In this document: positions 19,642-47,120 of the stretch, piece by piece
Layout: each line of letters opens with the position of its first letter
How positions within the stretch are numbered: position 1 is the first letter of the stretch
From: Eledone cirrhosa
Lineage: Eukaryota
Direction of reading: 5' to 3'
Length of the DNA: 47,411 bases
Assembly: GCA_964016885.1 (NCBI GenBank)
Contig: CAXHJY010000983.1
Span: 1 to 47,411, forward strand
Made by a program: the position numbers and the translations under genes
Notes under the pieces: generated by a model
Seen by the model: only the letters and a program-made list of their open reading frames with translations
What the model was told of the DNA's origin: nothing
Databases searched by the model: none

Positions 19642-19969
19642 GATATATATAAATACACATAAGTGTAAGTTTAGTAAAATCGAAGGTTTGGCTGTGGCCA
19701 AGCTAGCGACCTACAATTAGGAGAACAGCAAAGGCCTCCATAAGGTTGCAGGCCTCAGAGTAATAACATACGTTTGGACAGCTTGACAAATTGAAAATTG
19801 TGGTAGGCAAACCTAGCCACACAGTACCAAAAACAGCAAAAAAAACTAATCAGGTTAGACAACTGGCAATATATAAATATACACACACACACACACCCCA
19901 CTCTCAAGAGCGTGAAATTAATAAACCTTTGTTCGTACTGCCTCTCTGTTTTGTTCCTGTTCAATTTTT

Positions 19970-20025
<56 letters not shown>

Positions 20026-20117
20026 GAGTTAAACAAGATTCAATGAGTACATCAAAGAATGTGTTTTACAGTAGATTGGAAGGACTCTACAGAGAAAAAA
20101 ATTTTTTGCAGAGTTAT

Positions 20118-20447
20118 TAATATTAAAATTAAAATATTAATAAAATAGATGTTCTTGTGATCAATTAAATGTTATTATACAGATTTCAGAGGTACTTGAA
20201 TCAGGTTCAACAGTACGTCCTCATCAGATAAAATAAAATGGTACATGACATACCCTGAGATGTTAGATGGTTACGATTTAATCAAGGTAAATCATAACCA
20301 TCTAACATCTCAGGGTATGTCATGTATCATTTTATTTTATCTGATTAGGACGTACTGTTGAACCTGATTCAAGTACCTCTGAAATATTTATAATAACATT
20401 TAATTAATCACAAGAACATCTATTTTATTAATATTTGAATTTTAATA
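20118..20447. repeat. Long near-perfect hairpin (arms ~160 bp) containing hammerhead-like motifs
   Basis: 20118-20280 is the reverse complement of 20289-20447. Confidence 0.9.
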
Positions 20448-20810
20448 TATATATATATATATATGAGGTTATGCAAGAAATGATTAGGATTATCCTGAAT
20501 GCAGTAATTGTTAATTACTACACTAGATACAATCGACTAGGCTGTGTAACTACTAAAGAAATAATTGTAAACACTTGGAATAAATTACATATTTATGATG
20601 TCTACCTGTGTAATTAATCATTCTTTATATATATATATACATATATAGATTTTGAGTATATGTTGGTTGTATACCAACACCTAAGTATGCAGGCTGGAGC
20701 ACTCGACGAAGTGCGCAGGTTGGTTTGGTTACTCCGGAGTAATGTAAAATAAAGTTAAATAAAAAGTCAAATGATTAAACATATTAAACATTTGACTTTT
20801 TATTTAACTT

Positions 20811-20861
<51 letters not shown>

Positions 20862-21020
20862 CATGTATGCATGTATATGTATATATTGTGATACTTGGGG
20901 AGGTTCATATTGTTAAAATATTGTCAGGAAATAATATTAAAACAGACACGTTGTTTAGTTTGGATTTGGTTTTCGCTTCTGTATCTTGTATTCCTACATA
21001 GTTAATTTATCTGGCAATCA

Positions 21021-21096
<76 letters not shown>

Positions 21097-21320
21097 AAAA
21101 AGGAAAAGTATGACTTCTCTAATAATTCAAAACAATTTACTTTTATAATATTTTAATTTAAAAATTTTGTTTTGTAGATCTAGTAAATTCTTCGTTAACA
21201 TCGGTGGGGAGAATTTTTAAAGATATCTGGTTAGTTTTCCTGCAAAGATTTCTCGCATTCGTCTTTGGCGATTGTCAAACGGATCTCTGGTTGTGTTGTT
21301 GATGTGTGACTCTCTCTATA

Positions 21321-21364
<44 letters not shown>

Positions 21365-21598
21365 AAAGCTTGTATATGTATAATAAAGCCAAAACAATGC
21401 AGGTATGGACATAGAATAAAGAATGCAAATGCAAAAGATATTGTTGACAATTAGTCTTTTATCTTAGATTTATTTAAATGTCCTTAATTTTCTGTTCTTC
21501 GGAGGGAAGTAAAGCGGTTAAACCAGTGTTCTAAATAGCTTGCCATATATATGTGTGTGTTTGTGTATATAAATCTATATATGTGTGAGTGCATGAAC

Positions 21599-21634
<36 letters not shown>

Positions 21635-21691
21635 TTCACTGGGCCACTTACCAATGGAGAGAATGAAGAGAAACATCGCTGCTTTCATCAT

Positions 21692-21950
21692 GGATGTCTA
21701 CGCTAATTTCAAAATCAAAATACGTAATAGTCACCTTTGGAAGTTCATCTTAAATACTTTACTCCAATGTGCCAGATGTTTGTCTACGTTAAAACAATAT
21801 ATTTATTTCAGATATATATTGTGATGTTTTAGTGATAGATTTTGACGTTTTAACTGATTTACGTTGCGGTGTTTTCGGATATGCTTCATGAAATATATTT
21901 TATAGATACTTCATCGAATTTAAGTATGGAAATGTTTTCGTTAACCTGCT
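21692..21950 (-). promoter_or_regulatory. Copy B core promoter/5' UTR, TATTTAA at 21756-21750
   Basis: Homologous to the upstream block of A, C and D. Confidence 0.55.
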
Positions 21951-22450
21951 CCTACATATATAGATATGATGGACTCTCACGTCGATTTGACATATGAGGG
22001 TTCAACAATCTTTTCAGTTTATTGTTCTATGTTTATACCTCTATTTTCACTTCGATTAGCTGCTAATTTACAAATCAATCTCTATTTGGTGCAAGTGACA
22101 GGATATCAAACAGAGCAGACTGGAATTCCTGTTAGATTTCATCCCACAGATGTGGGCTAAACGAGATTTCTCAAAGTTCATTTTACCTTCGTGTATGAAT
22201 CTTCAATAAAGCTTTACGATTGACATTGTCAATATATTTCATATATATATATATATATACATACATATGAGGACGGCTTGTATATGTGAAGGTATGTATA
22301 GTTCCTCTGATAATTTGTAATAGTTTTACATAGATCTGTATGGTATACATACCAACACACATATACATCCCAGAAAGAAACGATCGTAAAATGATGAATT
22401 CTTTTAATATAAGGAACTTGTTCTTTGTTTTTACTTCATTGTTTTTATTA

Positions 22451-22525
<75 letters not shown>

Positions 22526-22619
22526 AGTGTGTAAGAAGAAGGTCTTAGCATGGACGTATAATTGTTTCTACGTTTGGCATAATAATATCGATCGGTTGCA
22601 ACTACAGGTAGAAGGAGGA

Positions 22620-22730
22620 ACGTGAAATAATGTGTGTTGCTCAAGGACATAACGCATCACCCGGCCTGGGAATCGAACTCACAACCTCAGAATTGCGAAT
22701 CCAATCTTCTAGCCTCTCAACCACGCGCAT
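22620..22730 (-). mobile_element. tRNA-derived CORE-type SINE fragment
   Basis: Minus strand reads gagttcgattccc...tgtccttgagcaa. Confidence 0.55.
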
Positions 22731-22791
22731 TCATACACACACACACACACACACACACATACACACATACATACATACATACATACATACA

Positions 22792-22827
<36 letters not shown>

Positions 22828-22982
22828 TATTTCTTTAGGTTGTTTTGGAAGCCTCAACAATGCAGATGGGTAAATCTCCGGGTAACAAGATCCGGTGGTG
22901 GAGTGAGAGATGTAAGTGAATGTAGGTTGAGATGTGTAGTGTGTAGAATATGAATATATATATATATATATACATGTATATA

Positions 22983-23017
<35 letters not shown>

Positions 23018-23312
23018 TATAATATTAGTCGTGACGACAGAGGTTCCAATATACATCGGTCTTTGCATTTCCATTGGAAAATATCAGTTTCGTGGATTGA
23101 GATTTGGGTACATTTTCTGCCTGGCCTACAACACTGATAAGAATTCTCTAGAGCAGGGGTGGGTGGATGTCTATAATCTGGAGAGGACCTGAAAGGTCTT
23201 CTCGAACTTTTTATATTAGGTATGACAAACCTTTTAGCAAAACAAATATTTCGGTTTCTGACAAAAGTGAGAACATAAGACTGATTTCAGTTAGAGGAAT
23301 ATATATCTTTAT

Positions 23313-32406
<9,094 letters not shown>

Positions 32407-32680
32407 GGATGTCTACGCTAAATTCAACGCCAGAATATGTAATAGTCACCTTTGGAAATTCATCTTAAATACTTTACTCCAATGTGCCAGATGTTTGTTT
32501 ACGTTAAAACAATATATTTATTGCATACATATATTGCATATATTGTCGTGTTTTAGTGATATATTTTGACGTTTTAACAGATTTTCGTTGCTCTTGTTTT
32601 CGGATATATTTTCATGAGATATAATTTATAGATACTCTATTTAATTTAAGTATGGAAATACTTTCGTTAACCTGCTCCTA
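32407..32680 (-). promoter_or_regulatory. Copy C core promoter/5' UTR, TATTTAA at 32471-32465
   Basis: Homologous to the upstream block of A, B and D. Confidence 0.55.
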
Positions 32681-33059
32681 CATATATAAACATGATGGAC
32701 ACCCTAGTCGATTTGATATATGAGTGTTCAACAGTCTTTTCAGTTTATTGTATTATGTTTATACCTCAATTTTCACTTCAATCTAGCTGTTGATTTACAC
32801 ATCAATCCACATTTGGTGCAACTGTCAGGATTTCAAACAGAGCAGCTGAGAATGCCTGACCAGTCTTTGGTGTTAGATCTTATCCCACAGAGGTGGGCTA
32901 TTATATGTATATATATATATATATATATTATATGTATATATATATATATATATATTATATATAAATGAGATTTCTCAAAGTTCAATATAGCTTCGTGGCA
33001 GACAGTTCTCCGAGCTCTTTCATGATTTTCCTAAGAGCTTTGCGATTGACAGTGCCAAT

Positions 33060-33184
<125 letters not shown>

Positions 33185-33719
33185 AATATATATATAAGTT
33201 CGCTTCAAGCCGAGCTTTATACAATATGTATAGAAATTTCGTATATCCAAAGAAATACGGTTTTAGGAAGCCGTAGCTATGTAAACACCGGGGGCTAACG
33301 CCCTTTGGTGATGTCTAGCAGACTCAAGGGGGACAACCCTCTATGCATTTCAGGCTTAACTGGCCTTGGTTAGGACGATCCTTCCTACCGCTCGCGACTG
33401 CTGGACGAGAAGACATCCGAGAATATATAGTTTTCTCGTCTGGGTAAATGAGCTAATTAATCTGATGACGTGATCATTTCCGAATCTGATCGTTAGCAAG
33501 CAAGCTAGCGGTCCCTGACCTGCTGGGTTCTGAAACTTAAGATAAGCGAAATCGTATAGTTTAGAGACCTATGTATATGGGCTGATCAGCCACATTTGTA
33601 TATAGAGTATCGGCTGGCTCGGCTGGAAGAGAAAATAGCTTTGTATATGTAAAACATGAATTTGAATATCTGGCAATATACTGTAGATACAATGTATATA
33701 TACACACACACACACACAG

Positions 33720-33775
<56 letters not shown>

Positions 33776-33901
33776 TATCAATAATAATGAGTTCAAAACT
33801 CAGGCAGTCTTTTACAATGAAATAGCTAACTTGGTCATTTACAATACAAACATGAATATGTTGGTATTTGTGTTTATCAAATATATTAATTTATATTAAC
33901 T

Positions 33902-33936
<35 letters not shown>

Positions 33937-34283
33937 AAAGTTATATTTAAAATTGTTGGGTTACAACTAGTAAATATTTATAACTGATATAAAAGCACTC
34001 GACAAATATTTGGAGTATATTTACAATGTTAAATAAATGGAAACTATATTTATAAAACCATATTTATTTCATTATATATATTTTGGGGATATCATATATC
34101 TGCCAGCTTAACCTCTTCAAATGCAAGTCGGTGTTATAACGGTATGTCGAATCTATTTATCTATAAAACTGTTTATATTGTATTTTGTCTGAGGAAGGCA
34201 TAGCATATTGTTAATATGATATCCCCGAAATATATATAATGAAATAAATATGGTTTTATAAATATAGTTTCCATTTATTTAAC

Positions 34284-34332
<49 letters not shown>

Positions 34333-34904
34333 ACCCATGTGCAACTACGCAGCACTCAATTCTTCTCATATTTATATATATATATTTTTCCTCAGCTGCG
34401 TTTGTCTGTTTCTTTCTTACTACTTCCCCGCTCTTTCTGTATCTCTCACCTTCTTTCGCCCCCTCTGTCAGTCACACTTTCTCTCGACTGGCCTCTTCCT
34501 CGCACTTCCACTCACTCACTCTCTGCTTCCCCCCTCTAACTTCCTCCCGTTTGGCCTGTGTGGGGTCCTTTCTCACTCACACTTCACCCATGTCGGATGG
34601 TCTGTATATCTCTCTCGCCCATGAAATTCACCCAGTTTAAGCTGAATAGATATCATGTACTTGTTTTTTCCTATCTTTCCGTTGCTATACAATCGTTGTT
34701 TGTTTACTTGTCTCGCTCGCTTTACGCCATATTACTTGTCCCAATAGCTTTATTTAGCTATTGCTCGCACCAACTAGAGGTATATTATTTTTAAAGCGAT
34801 GAAATACCAATGAAAGTTGGAAAATCACTGATGAAGGACTAATTTTATTCATATGTAACCCATGTGCAACCACGCAGCACTCAATTATTATCGTATTTAT
34901 TTAT

Positions 34905-34938
<34 letters not shown>

Positions 34939-35148
34939 ACGAAGGAAATGTGGTAAAAAACCAGGTGGACCATAATGCACCAAAGTACTCAATACTTAGG
35001 GTAGTAGAGTGGGTAATAGGAACGAGTAGGACCCCGACGGCTGAGCTCAAGCCGTTTCGACGACTAATTGTGGACTAAAAAAAATTTTTTTTAGTCCAGA
35101 ATTAGCCGTCGAAACTGCTTGAGCTCAGCCGTCGGGGTCCTACTCGTT

Positions 35149-35185
<37 letters not shown>

Positions 35186-36014
35186 AGGGAGTGTAACTTG
35201 GAGTTACTGTAGGTTCACCCGGCTGGGCACTCGATGTTTAGGTTCATTTCGGTGTCGAGGTGTAGAGTTGTTTGGTGACGCGCGTTTTGCCACTGATCAT
35301 CTCAACGTTCGATCTGTATCGATCTGACCCGACTCTGTTACCGCGGTTCGTCAGACCCCTTAATGGTAATGTAAACATGAATATACATACCGCATGATAA
35401 AGTCAGATGTTCCTATGGTGGACAGTAAAGTTCGTTTTGATTGGTGGATTAATTCCTCGAGATGTTTGTGCCTGTGGTGTATGTTGATAAGTTTGGTGAC
35501 GCCTGTCGTAGGTTGGGTGTGTGGTGGTGTTGGGGTGCTGGTTGTCGGTAGACAGTTTGGCATGTAGATGTGGCTAATTTTTGTGTTTCCATTGGAAAAT
35601 ATTAGTTTCGTGGATTCAGCAAATTTGCGTACTTGGTCCACATTTGGTCTTGTATGAAACACCTCACTCGGCATTGTAACACGAAGAAGAATTATCCAGG
35701 AGTGGGTGTCTTTTATCTGTATGAAACACCTCACTCGGCATTGTAACACGAAGAAGAATTATCCAGGAGTGGGTGTCTTTTATCTGCAGAGGACTTGAAT
35801 GGTATCTAGAACGTTTTACATTATGTATGACGGTTTCTCACACAAGTTACAACTTTAGACTGATTTCAGTTAGAGGAACATATATCTTTATTTACATAGC
35901 CGTAAGGATTATAATAGCAGCTGCAGTGAGAAGTCTTGTGGAAATCTTGACCTGTAAAAGAAATATATATTTGTTTATTAAATATACATTGTGTTATAGA
36001 TTCATGTAATCTAA

Positions 36015-36560
36015 AAGGATAATTTTACTCTATATGTATGCCCAATATGGGAGCCTGCTGTCCATGTCCAGAAGCTAGGTCCCACCCTCACTGCTACCTG
36101 CCGCCTTATCACAGACTGCCTGAAATCTACAGCTACCGAACGTCTACATATCCTGGCAGGTATAGCCCCATCAGAGATACGGCGAAGTGTAGCAAGCAAG
36201 AAAGAGCGTCAACAACAGACTATAGATCAAAATATCCTCTCTTTGGCCATGTGCCAGCTAAAGGCCGCCTTAAATTCAGGAAACTTGTACTAAAGAGCAT
36301 CACATCCCTTGCAACATCACGCATAATTAAGCAAATAGTCACTCGCTGGAAGAAAACTTCGCAACCAACCATCCGTAACAAATATGGTGTTAAAGGTGAG
36401 CGAAGCACTGAGGTAGCAGATAAAAACTCCACACTGTGAAAATGCTTCAACAGGCAAATATCTGGTGTTGGACGTGCAAAACTCAAAGTTGCAACATTCG
36501 GATATTTAAAGGATGGGAACGTTGTGTGTGATTCCGGAATCGAACCACAGATTATGCACC
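36015..36560 (+). mobile_element. Same LINE remnant in intron 5 of copy D
   Basis: ORF 36038-36439 includes PLFGHVPAKGRLKFRK. Confidence 0.7.
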
Positions 36561-37152
36561 ATTGATTAAATGTTTTGAAGGGTTTTAATAATTTAATAAT
36601 ATTCAATGTTGATATATTGATATATTGGAAATATATTCCATGTAAAATATATTTGGTTACTGCATTAACGGGACAATAATAACATCAATGTAATAATGTA
36701 GTGTTATAGATATTTATATTAAGTTTAGAATAGGTTAAAAGAAAGAGTTTTTGACGGTATATTGACAGAATCTTTAGAGCGTCAGATAGAATACTTGAGG
36801 TATTAATTTAGGGCCTCTCTGTTTTGTGAGTTAAAATATAGAGGCGGTCTCCTTTAGCTTTCATCCTTTCGCAGTCGATAAAACGTAGTCCGATACTTGG
36901 GTCGATATTTCGTTTATATCTCTTTTTCACTTCCTCTCTTTCAATGTCACACTCGTTGCATTTATTCTTTGGCAGACATCACCCGTGATGATACAGGGAA
37001 GGGCTACCTATAGGACTATAGTGCTCAAGACACGCCGTATATAACAACGATGACGTAACAACTCCACTCTAACTGATGTTCTAACAACGCTACCAATTCG
37101 AAGCCCTTAATAGTGAAACATATGATATAATACATGTATCACTATTGAAATA

Positions 37153-37291
37153 ATTGTTTCTACTCTTCTGGTACTTTATTTTATCGACCCCGTAAGGATG
37201 AAAGGAAAAGTTAACCTCGACGGGTTTTGAACTCCGTAAAGGGACGAAACTATGCTGGAGAGCATGGCGTCCGACCCGCTACCGATACTGC
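37153..37291 (-). mobile_element. SINE with ~16-bp target-site duplication, specific to copy D intron 5
   Basis: tatca(c/a)tattgaaata on both flanks; empty site in copies B (about 11397-11412) and C. Confidence 0.8.
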
Positions 37292-37488
37292 TATCAATAT
37301 TGAAATAGTGTCGATTGATTAGTGATATAATTCTGTTACGTACCCTTTCTCTGCTACCGCATTTTCCTTCTAAAAACAAAAGGGATGAGAAAATATAAAT
37401 GTCAATTCCTAAAGCCTCATATATATATATTTATATATATATATGAGGCTTTAGAAATTGACATTTAGTATATATATATATATATACA

Positions 37489-37882
37489 CACAATATATTA
37501 ACAAATGGAAACTATATTTATAAAACCATATTTATTTCATTATACATATTTCAAGGGCCACCAAGTCAGATTATGGTGCGCTTTCATCAGATAAAATATA
37601 ATATAGATTACTTTTATAAATAAATATTGACATACCCTGAAAAAATCAAACCTTCACGGTTGGAGTCTCCTGGATACTCCAGGATACTCTTGGATACTCC
37701 AGGAGACTCCAACCGTCAAGGTTGCATTTTTTCAGGGTATGTCAATATTTATTTATAAAAATAATCTATATTATATTTTATCTGATGAAAGCGCACCATA
37801 ATCTGACTTGGTGGCCCTTGAAATATGCATAATGAAATAAATATGGTTTTATAAATATAGTTTCCATTTGTTAATATATTGT
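37489..37882. repeat. Long near-perfect hairpin (arms ~185 bp) containing hammerhead-like motifs
   Basis: 37489-37673 is the reverse complement of 37699-37882. Confidence 0.9.
37774..37839 (+). ncRNA. Minimal type-I hammerhead-ribozyme-like motif (Penelope-associated)
   Basis: tattttat-CTGATGA-stem II-GAAA-tatgc-ATA-atgaaata: stem I pairs, short palindromic helix III, NUH=AUA. Mirror copy at 37533-37598 (-). Confidence 0.55.
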
Positions 37883-37969
37883 ATACTTACTCCAATAATT
37901 TGTTGAGTGCTTTATATCAGTTATAAAAATATTTTGCTTTATTGTATCCCAACAAATTAAATATAGCCT

Positions 37970-38004
<35 letters not shown>

Positions 38005-39069
38005 CCGACATCCTGGCCCCAACACCCTAACCATTACGCTACGTTGCTTCACTGAAATTATGAGTGAAATAAAATATCTTTGTATCTATATATTTATGAG
38101 CGACTTCCGTCCGTCACTCAATGTGTCTGTCTTTCTTTGTGTGAATGTATGTTTGCGTAAAAATTAGGAACGGCATGGTGAAAAAAGTATGAGAAAACGG
38201 CGGTTCAAGTTCTATTTGCTACGCTGTGTTTGAGTGAATGTGTGTGTGTGTAAATGTATGTGTGTGTTTTTGTGAACGTATGTGTATGATTATGTGGATG
38301 TATGTGTTTTTGTCTGAATGTATGTCATGAGTGTGTATTTTGTAAGTTTGTTTGTGTTTGCGTTTATATATTTATATACTCATACACATAAACGTATGAA
38401 CATGCATATACACACACGCAAATACCTATACATATATGAGCCAGCGTGTTGCAAAACATTGTAAATTACAATTCTTAATTTCTCACTACCAAGACAGCAA
38501 GCTTATATACAATTCTTATATATAATTATGTTGAAACATTTTGTTATGAATTGATAAACTTTAAAGATGGTGGTTTTATTTTATAGGACCAGAGCCGGTT
38601 TTAGGCAGGTTGGTAACTAAAGGGTTAAAACTGTTTACTAAAAATGGAATTAAACCTGACTATAACTTACGTACCAAAGGACCGAATATGTTGTTAAGAA
38701 TATATTTTCACACATCTTATCGTTTCCCTTGAAGCACGACCAAAAGGTTTTGAAGAAACTGGAATAGGTTTAAAATGACAATCTCGTTAAATAAATTGAA
38801 TGTTTGCGCGTAATATTCATGGGTGGAATATAAAGGAGTGATGCTACAACTGTGAAATCTTGCGTACGTTAGTTTCAACTCTACATATTAATAACTGCTA
38901 TGATCCTTACTAGGAATTTGCTGAAAAGTAAACTTCATTTGATCATTCAATGAGAGTATTTGTTTAACCTATAAAATGTTAAGCCGACTCTCTTATATGT
39001 ATATATATATATGTTAAATATATATATATATGTAGAGCACTTTAAATTTAAACTTTAAATATCTCTTTG

Positions 39070-39131
<62 letters not shown>

Positions 39132-39214
39132 TAATAATAATAAATTTGAAGACTAAAATCCAAAGAGGGCTCGATAAGGATAAATATATATCAAATAAAT
39201 AAGAACCGTAGAGC

Positions 39215-39348
39215 AAATATTTATTAAAATAACAGATTAAAGTTTAAGCAAAGAATCGCTGCTTTCACCCTTAACAGTTTCAGAAGATTCCGTTAAGGGT
39301 GAAAGCAGCGGTTCTTAATTGCTTAAACTTTAATCTGTTATTTTAATA

Positions 39349-39355
<7 letters not shown>
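39215..39355. repeat. Hairpin (arms ~60 bp)
   Basis: aaataacagattaaagtttaagca..gctgctttcacccttaac and its reverse complement. Confidence 0.85.
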
Positions 39356-39406
<51 letters not shown>

Positions 39407-39569
39407 CGAAGGAAATGTGGTAAGGAACCAGGTGGACCATAACGCACCTTTAGTCCAGAATTAGCCGTCGAAACGGCTTGAGCTCAGCTGTCGGGGTCTT
39501 ACTGGTTCCTATATATATATATATATATATATATAGTTAAAAGAATAGAGGTGTAACACACAAGTTATT

Positions 39570-39880
39570 ATATATTGGTAAACGGAATAGAAAATGCTGA
39601 CAAATTGTTCACAGTTGAAAAATAGTTTAATTAGGAATAAAAGAGTATTAGTGATTGTATGGGTTAGTATTCAGTTGTGGTTTTAAGTTTTTAAGTTTTT
39701 ACCGGTTGCGCATTTCTAAATGCTTTTCAAAAATAATTTTGAGATAGAGTGTCCGTGCTGTTTGCTTAAAACCACAACTGAATACTAACCCATACAATCA
39801 CTAATACTCTTTTATTCCTAATTAAACCATTTTTCAACTGTGAACAATTTGTCAGCATTTTCTATTCCGTTTACCAATAT
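39570..39880. repeat. Hairpin (arms ~115 bp)
   Basis: attggtaaacggaatagaaaatgctgac...cagttgtggtttta and its reverse complement. Confidence 0.85.
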
Positions 39881-40229
39881 ATATATATATATATATAGAT
39901 TTTGAGTTTATGTTGGTTGTATACCAACACCTCAGTATGCATGCTGGACCACTCGACGAAGTGCGCAGGTTGGTTTGGTTACTCCGGAGTAGTGTAAAAT
40001 AAAGGCAAATAAAAGTCAAATGATTAAAATTTAGCTTCGTTCATTACTGCTATATATATTTCAGTGACAGCCATCTTTGGCTGTGACCTCTTCAGGCAGT
40101 TTGAATTAGTATGGTATAGACAAGTACATATGTTGTTTAGGTGTATGATATTGTCAATACTCTGATATGCCCAGTTCCTTGTTGGGTTGTTAATTCACTG
40201 GGGAACTGGAGTCATATGACTCCAGTTCC

Positions 40230-44180
<3,951 letters not shown>

Positions 44181-44515
44181 TTTAATACAACTATAAATAT
44201 GGAGTGTAGTCCTAATTACTTGCCTGTATTTTTTGCATGTACTTTTCTCTTATACCTCTTACACTTCAACCAGTGCTGCCTGTAATTTTGTTCTTTCAAG
44301 CAGAACATATTTTACATATTTTTAACTCCTGACTCTCCACTTGATACCTATCACACTAACAGCAATTATGTACCCTAAATGTTCTAAATGACTAGGATTT
44401 TAGTCACATGTTTCGACATTCCCTATGCCTCGATGAATCCAGACTTCCCTCTGGAAGAAACAAATGTCAGCAAATAAATGATCTAAACTAATAGTTTGAT
44501 CGTTTTAACACTTTG

Positions 44516-44704
<189 letters not shown>

Positions 44705-44859
44705 CACATATATATATAGGACCAGGTTGTGTTGTGATGTGTAACTCTATATATGTGATTTGGGTGTGTCGGGGGAGGGGGGTAATAATGACTTTGTGGT
44801 GAAGGGACGTTGATTAAGATTTGAAGGAATTAAAGCATATATATATATATATATATACA

Positions 44860-45360
44860 GAAATATAATTGTTTCTACTTTTTGCACAAGGCCACCAATT
44901 TACCAGTGCATTAGTGTCACTTTATTTATCGACCCCGTAAGGACGAAAGGCAAAGGTAACCTCGACGGGATTTGAACTGAAACCGTAAAGGGACGTAATT
45001 ATTCATTATATTCCACCAGAAATATAATTGTTTCTACTTTTGGCACAATGCCACCAATTATCTCACTGTATTACTGGTACTTTATTTTATCGACCCGTAA
45101 GGATGAAAGGCAAAGTTAACCTCGGCGGGATTTGAACTCAGATCATAAAGAGACTTAACTCTATGCTTCAAAGCATGGTGTCCGACTCTCTACCGATACT
45201 GCAAATCCACCCAGAAATATAATTGTTTCTACTTAAGGCACAAGGCCAGCAAATGCCGGTGCATTACTGGTACTTTATTTTATCGACCCCGTAAGGATGA
45301 AAGGCAATGTCAACCTCGGCGGGATTTTAACTCAGATCGTAAAGGGACGTAACTATGCTG
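44860..45360 (-). mobile_element. Three tandem SINE copies
   Basis: Three repeats starting cagaaatataattgtttctact and containing tcgacccc gtaaggatgaaaggcaa. Confidence 0.85.
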
Positions 45361-45974
45361 GAAATAATTGATTGGGAGTCTAGTTGAGAGGTGTTGGGGT
45401 ATTTAAGGAGTGTTTTAGAAGGGTTTGTGAAAGAACCTCCTGCTGGTACCATTTCAATAGATGGCCTTTAATGAATTAAAGATAATGGCCAGATGCTTTT
45501 CAAATTCTTTTCTTATATCTGAATCAACTATCTTAAATTATAAAGAAAAGCTTCAACACTTTTCTATATTAAAGAGGAATCTGGGTGTGAGTCATTATTT
45601 AGAAAAATATGGTTAGTTTTGGAATATCTGTTGATAGGAATGTATGTTGTTGATATTGGTTAGGGAGGGGAGGTGGTGGGGGATCATGCTAGCTCACATA
45701 TTTACTTCCCTACTTGTAAACATACATACAGTCCATATATATACATATTCTAGTTCATACATAGCGATATATTTACACATGCATATGCACTCACACATAT
45801 ATACTTCTATATACATATGTAAACACAGACATATATATATATACATAATAAACAACACCATATAATTGTTCCATTAGGTTTCACGAAGTTAGGCGATTCT
45901 AACAGAAACGTCTGATTACGTTTCGGCTACTTACCAATGAAGAGAAGGAAGAGAAACATCGCAGCTTTCAGCAT

Positions 45975-46203
45975 TGATGTCTACGTTAAATTTAACTCTA
46001 CAATATGTAATAGTCCCTTTTGGAAGTTCATCTTAAATACTTTACTCCATTGTGCCAGATGTTTGTCCACGTTAAAACAATATATTTATTGTACATATAT
46101 TGTGATGTTTTAGTGACATATTTTGACGTTTTAACTGATTTACGTTGCTTTGTTTTCTGATATATTTTCATAAAATATAATTTATAGATATTTTATCGAA
46201 TTT
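45975..46203 (-). promoter_or_regulatory. Copy D core promoter/5' UTR, TATTTAA at 46039-46033
   Basis: Homologous to the upstream block of A, B and C. Confidence 0.55.
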
Positions 46204-46394
46204 AGCCCGCAGGCTTGCAATGCAGAGAAGAACCGTCTAGAGGTTTGGTGGGTGTCTACAATCTGGAGAGGACCTGAAATGTCTTTAGAACTTTTTACAT
46301 TAGGTGTGGCAAACTTTAGCAAAACAAGTATTTCGGATTCTGACAAAAGTGAGAACATAAGACTGATTTCAGTGAGAGGAACAAATATCTTTAT

Positions 46395-46454
46395 TTACAT
46401 AAGCGTGAGTGTTATAACAGCAGCTGCAGTGAGAACTATTGAAGACATCTTGAC
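46395..46454 (-). CDS. Paralogue E terminal exon VKMSSIVLTAAAVITLTLM* (rest of gene beyond right edge)
   Basis: ttcacttacag acceptor; the same intron-5 landmarks (LINE remnant, conserved block) lie at 46515-47411. Confidence 0.8.
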   Translation of the reverse strand, partial: VKMSSIVLTAAAVITLTLM

Positions 46455-46514
46455 CTGTAAGTGAAATGAATATTTGTTTAAATATGCATTCTGTTATAGA
46501 TTCGTGTAACTTAT

Positions 46515-46835
46515 ACGGATACTTTTACTCGATATTTATGCCCAGTGTGGGACCGAGCTATCCATGTCCAGAAGCTAGATCCCACCCTCAATGCTATTGG
46601 CCGCCTCATCACAAGCTACCTGAAATCTACAGCTAAGCCCTGTCTGCATATCCTAGCAGCTGTAGCCCCACAAGTGGTACGAAAAAGTGCAGCAATCATG
46701 AAAGAGCGTCAACAACAGACTACAGATCAAAATCATCCTATCTTTGGACATGTGTCAGCCAAAAGCCCCCTTACATCCAGGAAAGGTTTCCTAAAGAGCG
46801 CCACGCCACATCTAGCCAAGCTATGTAAATGACAC
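46515..46835 (+). mobile_element. Same LINE remnant, internally deleted, in intron 5 of copy E
   Basis: ORF 46545-46832: WDRAIHVQKLDPTLNAIGRLIT...HPIFGHVSAKS. Confidence 0.7.
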
Positions 46836-46974
46836 TAATAAATGTAGTATAAGGAACGGGATCATATTGATAAAATAATGATTTCTTTATTTATCATATT
46901 GATATCATAGTATAACTAAAACATTTAATCATTGATTAAATGTTTTGAAAGTGTTTTAATAATTTAACAATTAA

Positions 46975-47120
46975 CCAATACATTATTGGTACTTTATTTT
47001 ATCGACCCCGTAAGGATGAAAGGCAAAGTTAACCTCTGTGGGATTTGAACTCAGAATGGCGAGGGCCGCAACTCTATGCGTCAAAGCATGACGGCCAACC
47101 TTCTACCGATACTGCCAATC
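46975..47120 (-). mobile_element. SINE
   Basis: Reverse complement of A-box, B-box and core motif. Confidence 0.8.
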
